IMG/VR virus record: IMGVR_UViG_3300045988_090117
Coordinates: 1 to 64,000 of that record
From: a virus
Direction: 5' to 3' (one strand)
Length of the DNA stretch: 64,000 nt
In this document: piece by piece, positions 37,824 through 46,880 of the stretch
Layout: each line of letters starts with the position of its first letter
How positions within the stretch are numbered: position 1 is the first letter of the stretch
Made by a program: the position numbers and the translations under genes
The notes under the pieces: model-generated
Told to the model about the DNA's origin: nothing
Seen by the model: only the letters and a program-made list of their open reading frames with translations
Databases searched by the model: none

Positions 37824-38718
37824 AACAACTTAAAATTTCTATTATTAAACTATAACAAGCTACTACACCATCGTATTTACCAGTTTTAATCCCCTTGTCA
37901 TACTTTTGTATCAAACGTAGTGCAGTAAGTAATTTAGCAGGCTCTATACGGTTATAACGTAGTATATTATTACATATCCAACTATTAACACCTGTTATTT
38001 TAGCTATATCTTTTTCTCCTCGATACCCTTCTACTAATACACATTTATGTAACTGAGAGTATATGGCGTATATAATACCCATTACATTATTTTTATCTTC
38101 TAGTAGTTGATCTAATAGTCTAAATGTTAATTGTTCATCTTTTTGCATTACTGCATCCGCTAGGTGAAATACAGTTACTTCTTCTTTTGTTGGTATATAC
38201 TCATCTACTATCTTTTTATTCAGCTCTTTTATTCCTGCTCTCTTGAATATATCAAGATAATTATTTATTGTATTTAAGTCATTATTACACGCTTCAATGA
38301 AATATTGTTTATTACTCACACTACAGTCCATATTGACCACATTTAATAATTGTTTTGTTGTCATATGATTGAATTCTACTACACAATCATTTAAGTCCTT
38401 TATAAATTTCTTACACTTATTCGGTGTTGTAACTTGTATCACCAATACAGCATTTCTAATTTTACTGCTTATACTGGCCCACGTTTTCTCACTCTTGATA
38501 AAATCCATATCATCTCTAACTACATATACTGCAAATTTACCACTTATTAGTTTACTTGTTATTTTGTTATATATATCTGCCACTCTATCTATACGCACTA
38601 TATTACCCATTTGTTTTAAGTATATATTTTGCAGCTCAATTTCTTCTCCAGTAAAAATATAAAAGGGAAGTAAATTACCTTCCCTTATTTGCCCCTGTAA
38701 GTCTAATAAACCTAACAT
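37819..38718 (-). CDS. holA: DNA polymerase III delta subunit-like clamp-loader component
   Basis: ~299 aa. The N-terminus LLDLQGQIREGNLLPFYIFTGEEIELQNIYLKQM is typical of HolA N-termini. It is clustered with gamma- and delta-prime-like genes. ATG 38718 lies 9 nt after GGAGG. Confidence 0.5.
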   Translation of the reverse strand: MLGLLDLQGQIREGNLLPFYIFTGEEIELQNIYLKQMGNIVRIDRVADIYNKITSKLISGKFAVYVVRDDMDFIKSEKTWASISSKIRNAVLVIQVTTPNKCKKFIKDLNDCVVEFNHMTTKQLLNVVNMDCSVSNKQYFIEACNNDLNTINNYLDIFKRAGIKELNKKIVDEYIPTKEEVTVFHLADAVMQKDEQLTFRLLDQLLEDKNNVMGIIYAIYSQLHKCVLVEGYRGEKDIAKITGVNSWICNNILRYNRIEPAKLLTALRLIQKYDKGIKTGKYDGVVACYSLIIEILSCC

Positions 38719-38876
38719 AATTTTATTCCTCCTACTATTTGTACTAAGTACCATATTGCTATTGAAATTACTATTGCACTCATACCGTCAATGTCTCTAT
38801 CTCCTATTGTTTGTGTTATCCAATCAATTACAATGCTCATCGCCATTATTAAACACATAAAATTAAATATTACCAT
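38712..38876 (-). CDS. Small membrane protein (54 aa, below track cutoff)
   Basis: MVIFNFMCLIMAMSIVIDWITQTIGDRDIDGMSAIVISIAIWYLVQIVGGIKLC. GGAGG lies upstream of ATG 38876. Confidence 0.35.
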   Translation of the reverse strand: MVIFNFMCLIMAMSIVIDWITQTIGDRDIDGMSAIVISIAIWYLVQIVGGIKLC

Positions 38877-38877
38877 A

Positions 38878-39201
38878 CTATTTTCCTCCCTTTTGTTTTT
38901 TTCTTTTTACTCCATGTTTCTTGATATCTTGTTTTTCCCTTTGGTTGTGTTCTTGTTTCATATATAATATATTATTTAATGTTATTTTACTAAATTCATC
39001 TACAAATAATTTTTTATTTTTCTTACTTATGATAATTCCATTCTCATCTTCATTGATAGCACATACAGTTTCAAAATGTCTAGTGGCAAATCCACGCACA
39101 TATTTCTCCTCACTATACCATGCAAAACAATCTTTATAGGCTTCTGCAAATTGTTTGGCAAATTTCTTAATTTCTCTAGCATCATTTTTTAGTGGTAACA
39201 T
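38878..39201 (-). CDS. Hypothetical protein with a basic C-terminus (107 aa)
   Basis: GGGGGA RBS. C-terminal KKHGVKRKKQKGGK. Confidence 0.45.
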   Translation of the reverse strand: MLPLKNDAREIKKFAKQFAEAYKDCFAWYSEEKYVRGFATRHFETVCAINEDENGIIISKKNKKLFVDEFSKITLNNILYMKQEHNQREKQDIKKHGVKRKKQKGGK

Positions 39202-39202
39202 A

Positions 39203-40006
39203 TTATTTCCCCCTTAAAGTTCTAATATTTAATACAAATATATCGAATATCAACTGTTTATTTGCTCCTCTTATTCTTAAGTCTCTTAATGCTAAACTAG
39301 TATACTCTATCATCTTATAGTCAACATAACTACTGTGTTTCTGCTCATCTATTACTACTTGTTTAAATAGTTCTAAAAATAGTTCCACTGGATAGCCATC
39401 ATTCTCTTTGAATCCTATTGGATTACATATCTTAAAAGCATTGCCAGTACTGACCTTCAATATATTGTTGTATACCTTTAATGCATACTGATACATATTT
39501 ATGAAATCCTTATTTACATATTCCAACATTTGCCCCGGTGTTGTGGCTACCTTACATAGTATATCCCTTGGCACTTCACCCAGATCGTATAAATCAAATA
39601 CATCATTTAGCTCGTGTACACTGTAATTATCCATTATTAGCAGTTTGGCTCTACTACGTATTGTTGCTAATAAGTTATCTATATTTCTTACTCCAATCAT
39701 TATGTAGCCTTTACTAGGTGGCTCCTCAGCTAATTTAAGTAATGCATTTTGTGCTGGTATAGATAACTCATCTCCCTTTATATAAAATAATGTCGGTGTA
39801 GATATGGCAGTGCAGTCCTCTATTAACTGTCTAATACCTTCGATATTATTATCTACTAATACATAATTGTAATGGTTATTATTGGCTATTTGTTTACTCA
39901 TTAGGTGTTTCCCAGAACCCCTATCACCCCACAAGATAAAAAAGTGGGGTATAGGTTGACCATCCAACTTAGCTTGTAATTTACATTGTCCTATTATTTT
40001 AGACAT
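39203..40006 (-). CDS. holB: AAA+ clamp-loader subunit (DNA polymerase III delta-prime-like)
   Basis: 267 aa. Contains FILWGDRGSGKH (P-loop-like) ...LLKLAEEPP...TIRSRA, the delta-prime/gamma family hallmarks. Confidence 0.55.
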   Translation of the reverse strand: MSKIIGQCKLQAKLDGQPIPHFFILWGDRGSGKHLMSKQIANNNHYNYVLVDNNIEGIRQLIEDCTAISTPTLFYIKGDELSIPAQNALLKLAEEPPSKGYIMIGVRNIDNLLATIRSRAKLLIMDNYSVHELNDVFDLYDLGEVPRDILCKVATTPGQMLEYVNKDFINMYQYALKVYNNILKVSTGNAFKICNPIGFKENDGYPVELFLELFKQVVIDEQKHSSYVDYKMIEYTSLALRDLRIRGANKQLIFDIFVLNIRTLRGK

Positions 40007-41007
40007 AAGAGTATCAACTCGCTTTCAATCAAATTTTTAGGATTCTGCTCATATTTTATCTTGTCCAATAAATTATTTACTCCGTCTAATATATCTACTA
40101 AGTCGTACTTTGAAGTATTAGTTGCTATATGGATACATTGTCTCATCATATCAGTTGGTATCATTGTTAACTCTTTATTTCTTGTGATGTTCAATTTACA
40201 TAAATCTAATACAAATTTATTTAAATCTTTTACAAATAGTTTTAAGTCCTTGCCGTCTCTGTATATCTTATCTATTATTTGTATTGGCTCATCTGGTTGT
40301 TGATCTATGATACCCTGTACTATACCTAATAGATGTTCATAATTAGTAATTCCTAAGCAATCTAATACTGCTTGTAATGTAATTTCAGTTGTGTAACCTA
40401 ATACTGTATCTAATTTCATTATGGCATCTCTCATACCCCCGTCAGCTAATTTTGCAATATATTCTATTGCCTCTACGTTGTATGTTAGTATACCTTCCTG
40501 TTTTAGTATATACTCTAATCTATTTACTATATCGAATTGTGGTATACGTTTAAAGTCAAAACGTTGTAGTCTACTTAATATAGTTGCGGGTATTTTATGT
40601 GGATCTGTGGTGCATAATATAAATATTACTCCTTTAGGTGGTTCCTCTAATACTTTTAATAGGGCATTAAATGCACCAATACTTAACATATGAACTTCAT
40701 CAATTATATATACCTTATACTTACTATCCAGGCTCTTCATTCTACAGTCATCAATTATACTACGTATATTATCAACACCATTATTACTGGCTCCATCTAT
40801 CTCAATTGGTTTTCCTTTACCACCATTTACCTCGTTTGCAAAGATTCTAGCACTGGTAGTTTTTCCAGTTCCTGCACTGCCACAGAATAAATACGCTTGT
40901 TTTATCTCTCCAGTTTCCAATTGGTTAGTTAATACCTTTTTTATATTGTCCTGACATACAACATCACTAAATGTTCTTGGTCTGTATTTAGTTGCTAATG
41001 CTTCCAT
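39994..41007 (-). CDS. dnaX: DNA polymerase III gamma/tau-like clamp-loader ATPase
   Basis: 337 aa. Contains KYRPRTFSDVVCQ..., Walker A GSAGTGKTT, Walker B IIDEVHMLS, FNALLKVLEEPP and SRLQRFDF (sensor 1/SRC region). Confidence 0.8.
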   Translation of the reverse strand: MEALATKYRPRTFSDVVCQDNIKKVLTNQLETGEIKQAYLFCGSAGTGKTTSARIFANEVNGGKGKPIEIDGASNNGVDNIRSIIDDCRMKSLDSKYKVYIIDEVHMLSIGAFNALLKVLEEPPKGVIFILCTTDPHKIPATILSRLQRFDFKRIPQFDIVNRLEYILKQEGILTYNVEAIEYIAKLADGGMRDAIMKLDTVLGYTTEITLQAVLDCLGITNYEHLLGIVQGIIDQQPDEPIQIIDKIYRDGKDLKLFVKDLNKFVLDLCKLNITRNKELTMIPTDMMRQCIHIATNTSKYDLVDILDGVNNLLDKIKYEQNPKNLIESELILLCLK

Positions 41008-41008
41008 A

Positions 41009-41674
41009 TTATATCAACTCCTCACAAATATTTACTATATGTTCACATAATAGCCCAGGTATTCTACTTCTTTCCTTAGCATCCTTTAATCCCTGTGTAC
41101 CTGTTTTACTTCTTCTAGGAGCTCGTTCGTGGCATGGAGCCCCATTTTTACACATAGGTTTAAAATGAGGATCAGGATAGTTAGTCCATATATCAGTTGG
41201 TTTCATTCTTTTGTCCCCACATTGACAATATGTAACGGTATATCTTGGTAGTTCTTGCATAAAATTCATTTTTCTCATTCCGCCTCTAGGATTCTCTATG
41301 AAGTAAATCATATTAGGATTAATTTGTAATAACTCTTTTATTATATTTAACATATGTGTATTTACTTTATCGCAAAATTTAGCATAATCACTCTTAGGAG
41401 CTAAATTTCCATTAGCTTCTTTTATCCTATGATGAGATATTGCAGCTATACTATATGATGTACAATCAGGTGATGCCCATACTACATCGGGGACACCAAA
41501 TCTTTCTATAATATCGTTAACTGTTATTGTCCCTATATCGGTGTACCAATTAATATCGGGGTGTTGTTTATCCCACTCTATAGAAAAAGTATTATGCCCT
41601 CTAGCTTCAAACGCTTTACTTATACTTCTTGTACCTGCAAATAATTCTAAAATCTTTAATTGTTTTTTACCCAT
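41009..41674 (-). CDS. C5-cytosine DNA methyltransferase-like protein with an atypical motif IV
   Basis: 221 aa. Motif I is ILELFAGTRS, a motif IV-like segment is WASPDCTSYS (PDC instead of PPC/PCQ), and a motif VI-like segment is FIENPRG. Confidence 0.5.
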   Translation of the reverse strand: MGKKQLKILELFAGTRSISKAFEARGHNTFSIEWDKQHPDINWYTDIGTITVNDIIERFGVPDVVWASPDCTSYSIAAISHHRIKEANGNLAPKSDYAKFCDKVNTHMLNIIKELLQINPNMIYFIENPRGGMRKMNFMQELPRYTVTYCQCGDKRMKPTDIWTNYPDPHFKPMCKNGAPCHERAPRRSKTGTQGLKDAKERSRIPGLLCEHIVNICEELI

Positions 41675-42006
41675 TATAATTCCTCCTTTAATTTTTCTAT
41701 GTAATCCTTAAGGTCTTGTAAGGGTATCACTGCATATTCTTCCCCTACTTTTCCAAAGTCAAATACTAATGCAGTATAAGGTCTATGCATTGCTAATGAT
41801 TGTTGTTGTAGTTTTGTCAGCCATTCCTTTTTTATTGTGAACTGTGTTGCAGGTTGCATTTTAGTCTTACATTCCACTAAATAGAAGTTATCAACTAACA
41901 CATCACCTTTTTTAGTATGGCCTGCTCCACTATTTGGTGTAACTTCTCCATCCAAGTAATTTGCTACATATTGTTCTTGTTCATCACTTTTACTTCTTGT
42001 ACTCAT
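41674..42006 (-). CDS. PD-(D/E)xK nuclease, Holliday-junction-resolvase-like
   Basis: ~110 aa. EQEQYVANYL...KGDVLVDNFYLVECKTK fits a D...E-x-K core. GGAGGTG precedes ATG 42006. Confidence 0.5.
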   Translation of the reverse strand: MSTRSKSDEQEQYVANYLDGEVTPNSGAGHTKKGDVLVDNFYLVECKTKMQPATQFTIKKEWLTKLQQQSLAMHRPYTALVFDFGKVGEEYAVIPLQDLKDYIEKLKEEL

Positions 42007-42020
42007 AAAAGAACACCTCC

Positions 42021-42536
42021 CTAAATATAAATCCAATGAAATCCTTTATACAATGTATTATTTTTACAAGCTATACAAACACCCGATGTAGTACCATTGC
42101 ACCATTTACTCGCCTCCGTTAATGTGTCAAACATGCAATTAAGTTCTACACATAATACTGCTCTAGCCCTAGGATTACCTTTTCCCTGTTTAATTTCACT
42201 ATCACGCTTATTTCTACTACCATAACTATTATTATATTTTCGTGTACACCATTCTAAATTTTTATAATAGTTATTTGTTTTGTCTTCATCTTTGTGGTTA
42301 ACTTCTGGTAAATTGTCTGGATTGGGAATAAATGCTTGTGCAACTAATCTATGTACATAATATGAATGTTGAATGCTTTTATGAGATAATCTAACAAGCA
42401 TATACCCATCAGTTGTTTTACTTCCTTTAAAATATTTCCATCGTTTAAATCCATATATTAACCCTATACGAGTTACTCCATATAAATGTTCATAATGTTT
42501 AATAAATTTTGGTTTATAAATTAATGGTATATTCAT
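42021..42536 (-). CDS. Free-standing HNH homing endonuclease
   Basis: 171 aa. Contains YYVHRLVAQAF...EVNHKDEDKTNNYYKNLEWCT (HNH_3 type) plus a C-terminal IENR1-like tail (FDTLTEASKW). Confidence 0.75.
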   Translation of the reverse strand: MNIPLIYKPKFIKHYEHLYGVTRIGLIYGFKRWKYFKGSKTTDGYMLVRLSHKSIQHSYYVHRLVAQAFIPNPDNLPEVNHKDEDKTNNYYKNLEWCTRKYNNSYGSRNKRDSEIKQGKGNPRARAVLCVELNCMFDTLTEASKWCNGTTSGVCIACKNNTLYKGFHWIYI

Positions 42537-42548
42537 ATTAAAACCTCC

Positions 42549-42584
42549 TATATATAGTATAGGAGGTATCTCTTATTCGCTAAC
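42549..42584 (-). promoter_or_regulatory. Phage promoter motif copy (-35 TTAGCG, 16 nt, -10 TATACT)
   Basis: Plus strand reads tatatatagtataggaggtatctcttattcgctaac. The -35 lies inside the 3' end of the sigma gene. Confidence 0.55.
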
Positions 42585-43199
42585 TTGGGCTTTAACTTTT
42601 TTAAAAAAATCTTTTACTACTCTTGATACATAAGCAGGTGATACACTGTACTGATATGCTATGTATGTACCTTTTATGCCACAGAGATAGTCAGCTATTA
42701 TAGCACGTTGTTTGTCATTCTTCACGTTCTTTAGTTCTTCTCTAATAATCTCTTTTAACTCACGTACTAAAGCACTAAGCTCTACATCTTCTTTACTTTT
42801 CAAATAATTCTCTAATGAAGTGTATCTAATATGGCCATGATGTTTGAGTTGTATGTATCCATCTATAGATAATATCTTATATATATTTTGTTCACCATCT
42901 GTAGTATATCTATTATGTTTGTCTATTCTATTTCTGTACTGTCTTAATTCTCTTTTTATTGAAGGATATGCAAAAGTTGTGAATAGTGTGCCATATGAAG
43001 GGTCATAATGGTCTACACACTTCATTATACACTGCCATGCGACCTGGTACATCTCATCTCTATCATTATATAATTTATATGGTTTTAATAGGGAATATAC
43101 CATATTGTTTATGTACTGTGGCAATTCATTTATCGCCTCCTTATCTCCATTTTTATACCTCATAACAATTTCCTGGCACTTATTTCCATTATTACTCAT
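42573..43199 (-). CDS. Sigma-70 family sigma factor (phage-encoded, regions 2 and 4)
   Basis: 208 aa. Region 2-like: VYSLLKPYKLYNDRDEMYQVAWQCIMKCVDHYDPSYGTLFTTFAYPSIKRELRQY. Region 4-like HTH: GTYIAYQYSVSPAYVSRVVKDF. Confidence 0.65.
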   Translation of the reverse strand: MSNNGNKCQEIVMRYKNGDKEAINELPQYINNMVYSLLKPYKLYNDRDEMYQVAWQCIMKCVDHYDPSYGTLFTTFAYPSIKRELRQYRNRIDKHNRYTTDGEQNIYKILSIDGYIQLKHHGHIRYTSLENYLKSKEDVELSALVRELKEIIREELKNVKNDKQRAIIADYLCGIKGTYIAYQYSVSPAYVSRVVKDFFKKVKAQVSE

Positions 43200-44358
43200 C
43201 TAACATCACCTCATTAAGTCTGACTAATAATTCATATACTACTTCCTCATGTCCATGTAAATAATTTAAAAATCTAGTCATACCTTGGAAGTTTAGTTCA
43301 TTACCTTCTTTATCTAATACTATATTTCCTTGCTCATCTATTACTCTATACCAAGAACCTGCTTGTTGTACTATTTTATAAAACATGCAAACATTTATCA
43401 TGTCATATAAAGTATCTACACCCTCTAAATATTTAAGTGTGTAGTAACCTAGTCGTCTATTTGGTTTACATACTTTTGTTTTTATAATCTCCATGCCAAC
43501 TCTATTGCCGGCTGGATTTTCAGCTTTACTGCTAAGTTCCTTGTTATTCTCATCCAATAAAGTATCTTTTCTAAATCTAATTCTTAAACTGCAAGCATGC
43601 TTAAATCCCTTTCCACCAGGTGTGCTTATAGTATTATACATGCTACTTAAGTCCTCACGTATTTGATTAATTCCTATAAAGGCACATTGATTAACTGTTA
43701 AATGAGGTAAAATTTTACTACAAAAGATAGTTAAAGGTTGTGATATTCCCCCATAGGCTTTCTTCTCCATACTCTCATCAAATATCTGTTGTGGCACTAA
43801 GCATGGTATACTGTCTAATACACATAAACCTACATTACCTGTACTAATTAATTCAATTATTATTTGTAGCACCTGTTCTGCAGTCTGTTCTTGTGGTCTT
43901 ACTAATATCATTTTCTCTGTATCTACGCCTAATAACTTAGCCCATTCAGTATCCAAAGTTTGTTCTGTGTCTACATATAGTACTAATTTTTCACCCTTCT
44001 CCTGCACTTTATCTAATTCTGCACTTAATTTTGTAAGTTCCTTTTGTGCTTGTTTTGTATTACTCTGTTGTAATAGTTCGATTTGTTGTGTCAATTCACC
44101 AACTTTTTTATCATAAACCTCTTGAAATTTCTTTTGCGCATTACCACAAATATCAAGAGCAGAGGTTGTTTTTCCTCCACCTTCACCCCCAAAGAACTCA
44201 GTTATTTTTCCAATGGGAACTCCACCATAAGTCATGTAGTTTGCCATTGGTGAACTAAATGGTATTTTATCAACTTCTATTATGTCAGTTCCTTGTTGTA
44301 TTATATCAGCACCAAATTTTTTATTTAGTGCAGCCATTTTTAGATCAATCTCCCTCAT
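43192..44358 (-). CDS. recA: RecA/UvsX-like recombinase
   Basis: ~388 aa. Contains GGVPIGKITEFFGGEGGGKTTSALD (Walker A) and LCVLDSI (Walker B). ATG 44358 lies 8 nt after AAGGAGA. Confidence 0.7.
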   Translation of the reverse strand: MREIDLKMAALNKKFGADIIQQGTDIIEVDKIPFSSPMANYMTYGGVPIGKITEFFGGEGGGKTTSALDICGNAQKKFQEVYDKKVGELTQQIELLQQSNTKQAQKELTKLSAELDKVQEKGEKLVLYVDTEQTLDTEWAKLLGVDTEKMILVRPQEQTAEQVLQIIIELISTGNVGLCVLDSIPCLVPQQIFDESMEKKAYGGISQPLTIFCSKILPHLTVNQCAFIGINQIREDLSSMYNTISTPGGKGFKHACSLRIRFRKDTLLDENNKELSSKAENPAGNRVGMEIIKTKVCKPNRRLGYYTLKYLEGVDTLYDMINVCMFYKIVQQAGSWYRVIDEQGNIVLDKEGNELNFQGMTRFLNYLHGHEEVVYELLVRLNEVMLDE

Positions 44359-44371
44359 CAAATACATCTCC

Positions 44372-44587
44372 TTATTTAAATAAATTTCTAAATATTGCCT
44401 CCAATACATTAACAACTATACTATTACCAGCCAGTTTGTATTGTTGTGTGTTGCTTATCCCTGCTTGTTGTATCTTGTCTATTTCACTTATAGCAACAAC
44501 TTCATACGGTACATCTATATTCCTCAATGCTATAGATTGTGATCCTATTCCTGCGAATGCTTCAAATACTTTAAGTCTACTCATCAA
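44372..44587 (-). pseudogene. Internally deleted C5-cytosine methyltransferase remnant (71 aa)
   Basis: Motif I (KVFEAFAGIGSQSIAL...VVAISEIDK) is joined directly to the motif X region (TQQYKLAGNSIVVNVLEAIF). Catalytic motifs IV-VIII are missing. Confidence 0.6.
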
Positions 44588-44607
44588 ATCACTCCTTTAT
44601 TTTATTC

Positions 44608-44643
44608 TATATATAGTATAGAAAAAGTGGGTGATTTACTAAC
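44608..44643 (-). promoter_or_regulatory. Phage promoter motif copy (-35 TTAGTA, 16 nt, -10 TATACT)
   Basis: Plus strand reads tatatatagtatagaaaaagtgggtgatttactaac. The -35 sits in the loop of the dut terminator hairpin. Confidence 0.65.
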
Positions 44644-44651
44644 CACCCACT
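44622..44651 (-). terminator. Rho-independent terminator after dut, overlapping the promoter
   Basis: Stem agtgggtg (44626-44633) / cacccact (44644-44651), loop atttactaac, minus-strand U5. Confidence 0.6.
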
Positions 44652-44656
44652 CTGTT

Positions 44657-45115
44657 TTATTTCCCTGTAGTACCATATGACCCTCTATCTTCATTGCCTA
44701 ATATATCAACTTCGTCTATATCTAAAGGAGTACTCTTTTTAACACTTATTTGTACTAATCTATCACCCTTTTTAAAGGCTCCATATCTAGTACTATAAAA
44801 CATTGCTAACCATTCATCATTATCACCACAATACGTATCATCTACTAATCCCATGCTATTAGTTAGTAGTAGACCAGTATGCTTAAAAGTACTACTACGA
44901 GGTAATATATATCCCTCGTAGCCTTTTCCCATGTCCATTGAAAATCCTAAATGTACTACTACTATATCCCCTGGGGCAAACCTTACTATATTACTAGAAG
45001 GTTCTACACCATTTACATTAGCAGTACGTACATAACAATCATACCAATTACCATTATTACTTTGTGGTGCTTTACCACCTTCAAATACTCTTACTTTTAC
45101 TTTTTTATTAGCCAT
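44657..45115 (-). CDS. dut: dUTP diphosphatase (trimeric dUTPase)
   Basis: 152 aa. Contains LPRSSTFKHTGLLLTNSMGLVDDTYCGDNDEW (motifs 2-3) and a C-terminal GSYGTTGK (motif 5-like). Confidence 0.75.
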   Translation of the reverse strand: MANKKVKVRVFEGGKAPQSNNGNWYDCYVRTANVNGVEPSSNIVRFAPGDIVVVHLGFSMDMGKGYEGYILPRSSTFKHTGLLLTNSMGLVDDTYCGDNDEWLAMFYSTRYGAFKKGDRLVQISVKKSTPLDIDEVDILGNEDRGSYGTTGK

Positions 45116-45624
45116 TAATATTCCCTCCCATTCGCTAACATATTATTTCTTGTTACATTGAATTCATTAAGTCTTAAGTTCATTAATTTCTTCAAGCTAC
45201 TGTGTAGCATATCTGCTATATCTAATTTCTTCTCACATTGTTTATATACTCTTATATATATGTCCTCGATAAATTGTTCTTCCTCTACCATTAATTGTGC
45301 ATCACTTGTTTTAGCCGCTACTGTATTCTCATCACTATGCATATAGGCTGTATTAAAACGTGTTTTCTTTTGAGTCTTAGCTGCATCAACTCTAACTCCT
45401 AGTACCTGCATTTTATCTATTAGTTCATACATTAACACTGGTAATAATGCTATATACTTCTCCAAGTCATCATTACTTAATGTAGATGTATTTTGCAATA
45501 GATCCTTTACCTCGTAGATGCAATCATCTAATGTACTTGTATATTTTTCACTAATGGTTAAGGCGGTATTAACTACGTCAGTACATTGTTTATTAAACTC
45601 TTTTATAAGATCTAATTTACTCAT
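45115..45624 (-). CDS. Hypothetical helical protein (~169 aa)
   Basis: ATG 45624 lies after AAGGAG. No motif recognised. Confidence 0.45.
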   Translation of the reverse strand: MSKLDLIKEFNKQCTDVVNTALTISEKYTSTLDDCIYEVKDLLQNTSTLSNDDLEKYIALLPVLMYELIDKMQVLGVRVDAAKTQKKTRFNTAYMHSDENTVAAKTSDAQLMVEEEQFIEDIYIRVYKQCEKKLDIADMLHSSLKKLMNLRLNEFNVTRNNMLANGREY

Positions 45625-46102
45625 TATCTGCACACTCCTTTAATTGTGCCATTAAAAATAATCTACTATCAAAAGTTTGTTTATTCAAAGTAAAATTGAT
45701 CCTTTGATACGTAACCGGTAATTTGGAAATAGCTACTATAATCTCACAATCATCTACAGTTAAACTTTGTCTATTATTTTGCATTGTTCTTTTTATAGTA
45801 CTCCATGGTATCATATATACTTGTTTATGCTCTCTGAACTCTACTACTACCATTGGATTACAACCTTGTATATGGCTATAAAAGTCTAACTGTTCCTTTT
45901 GATTATCTGTTATGTTACTAAAATCAAATCTACTACCTTTTACACTTTTTAACTCAAATAAATACTGATATGGATATTTGTAGTAGATAAAATCACAGGG
46001 GTTTTTTACCCCTGCATACCCATTAGTGGTATCATATAATCTTACCAATTCTTTTCCGACACCCTTCTTAAAGTTATTCTCAAATTTCTTACCATAGTTC
46101 AT
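45617..46102 (-). CDS. recU: RecU-like Holliday junction resolvase
   Basis: ~161 aa. MNYGKKFENNFKKG...NPCDFIYYKYPYQYLFELKSVKG fits the RecU-type G..FE...D...E-x-K pattern. ATG 46102 lies 6 nt after GGAGG. Confidence 0.5.
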   Translation of the reverse strand: MNYGKKFENNFKKGVGKELVRLYDTTNGYAGVKNPCDFIYYKYPYQYLFELKSVKGSRFDFSNITDNQKEQLDFYSHIQGCNPMVVVEFREHKQVYMIPWSTIKRTMQNNRQSLTVDDCEIIVAISKLPVTYQRINFTLNKQTFDSRLFLMAQLKECADNE

Positions 46103-46868
46103 TGGCATCCTCCCTAGCACAAGTATTCTTATAGTTACAATAGTTACATTTAGGTTCCTTTGGTGGCACCACATCAAATTTTACACAGTCATTCACATAC
46201 TGAATAGTATCCTCTATATTATCAATCATCTCTTGTGGAACTTCAAATAAATAACCCTTTTTACTGCAATTGTCTCTATTTTCATAAATAAATATTACTT
46301 TTGGAACTCCTATGCACATAGAATAGCAAGCCACTTGTAGTTTGTGCGCTTGATGTGGTTGATCATGTGAGTTGTATTTATGGGTACTTTCAGTTTTAAT
46401 CTCTATTATATAATACTCACCTTTGTACTGCACCAACCCATCACACATAAATCTCATATTATATTTCTTACTAAATAATTTAGTCTCATTGCCTTCTTGA
46501 GATACCACCTCAGGGTCAGTAGTTCCTTGTGAGTGAAAATACTCAGCTACATTAATCCATTTACAATTATTAGTGTATTTTGCCATTTGTTGTATATAAT
46601 CTTGTATTGTCGCATGTCGGTCAGTTCCACTCTCACAGATGCCGATTAAATTTAGACCACTACTTTGTTCATCTGGTTGAGCTCCTATCATTTGATAATA
46701 TAGACCTCTTTTACATCCAGCTATCCCACTAGGTTTATAAGACCTAGTTGGAATATAATCACTCTCATTTTCCTTCTCTATTGTGTATATTAAGTCGTGC
46801 ACAAATTGTTGTGCTATCTCATTACTCTTTTCAGCTCTAACCATTTTAGCTATTTTATTTAACTTCAT
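46089..46868 (-). CDS. Cas4/RecB-like PD-(D/E)xK exonuclease with a Cys cluster
   Basis: 259 aa. An N-terminal Cys (GIAGCKRG), a core DGLV...IIEIKTES and a C-terminal CNYCNYKNTC form a Cas4-type 4-Cys arrangement. Confidence 0.65.
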   Translation of the reverse strand: MKLNKIAKMVRAEKSNEIAQQFVHDLIYTIEKENESDYIPTRSYKPSGIAGCKRGLYYQMIGAQPDEQSSGLNLIGICESGTDRHATIQDYIQQMAKYTNNCKWINVAEYFHSQGTTDPEVVSQEGNETKLFSKKYNMRFMCDGLVQYKGEYYIIEIKTESTHKYNSHDQPHQAHKLQVACYSMCIGVPKVIFIYENRDNCSKKGYLFEVPQEMIDNIEDTIQYVNDCVKFDVVPPKEPKCNYCNYKNTCAREDANELW

Positions 46869-46880
46869 ATAAGCACCCCC

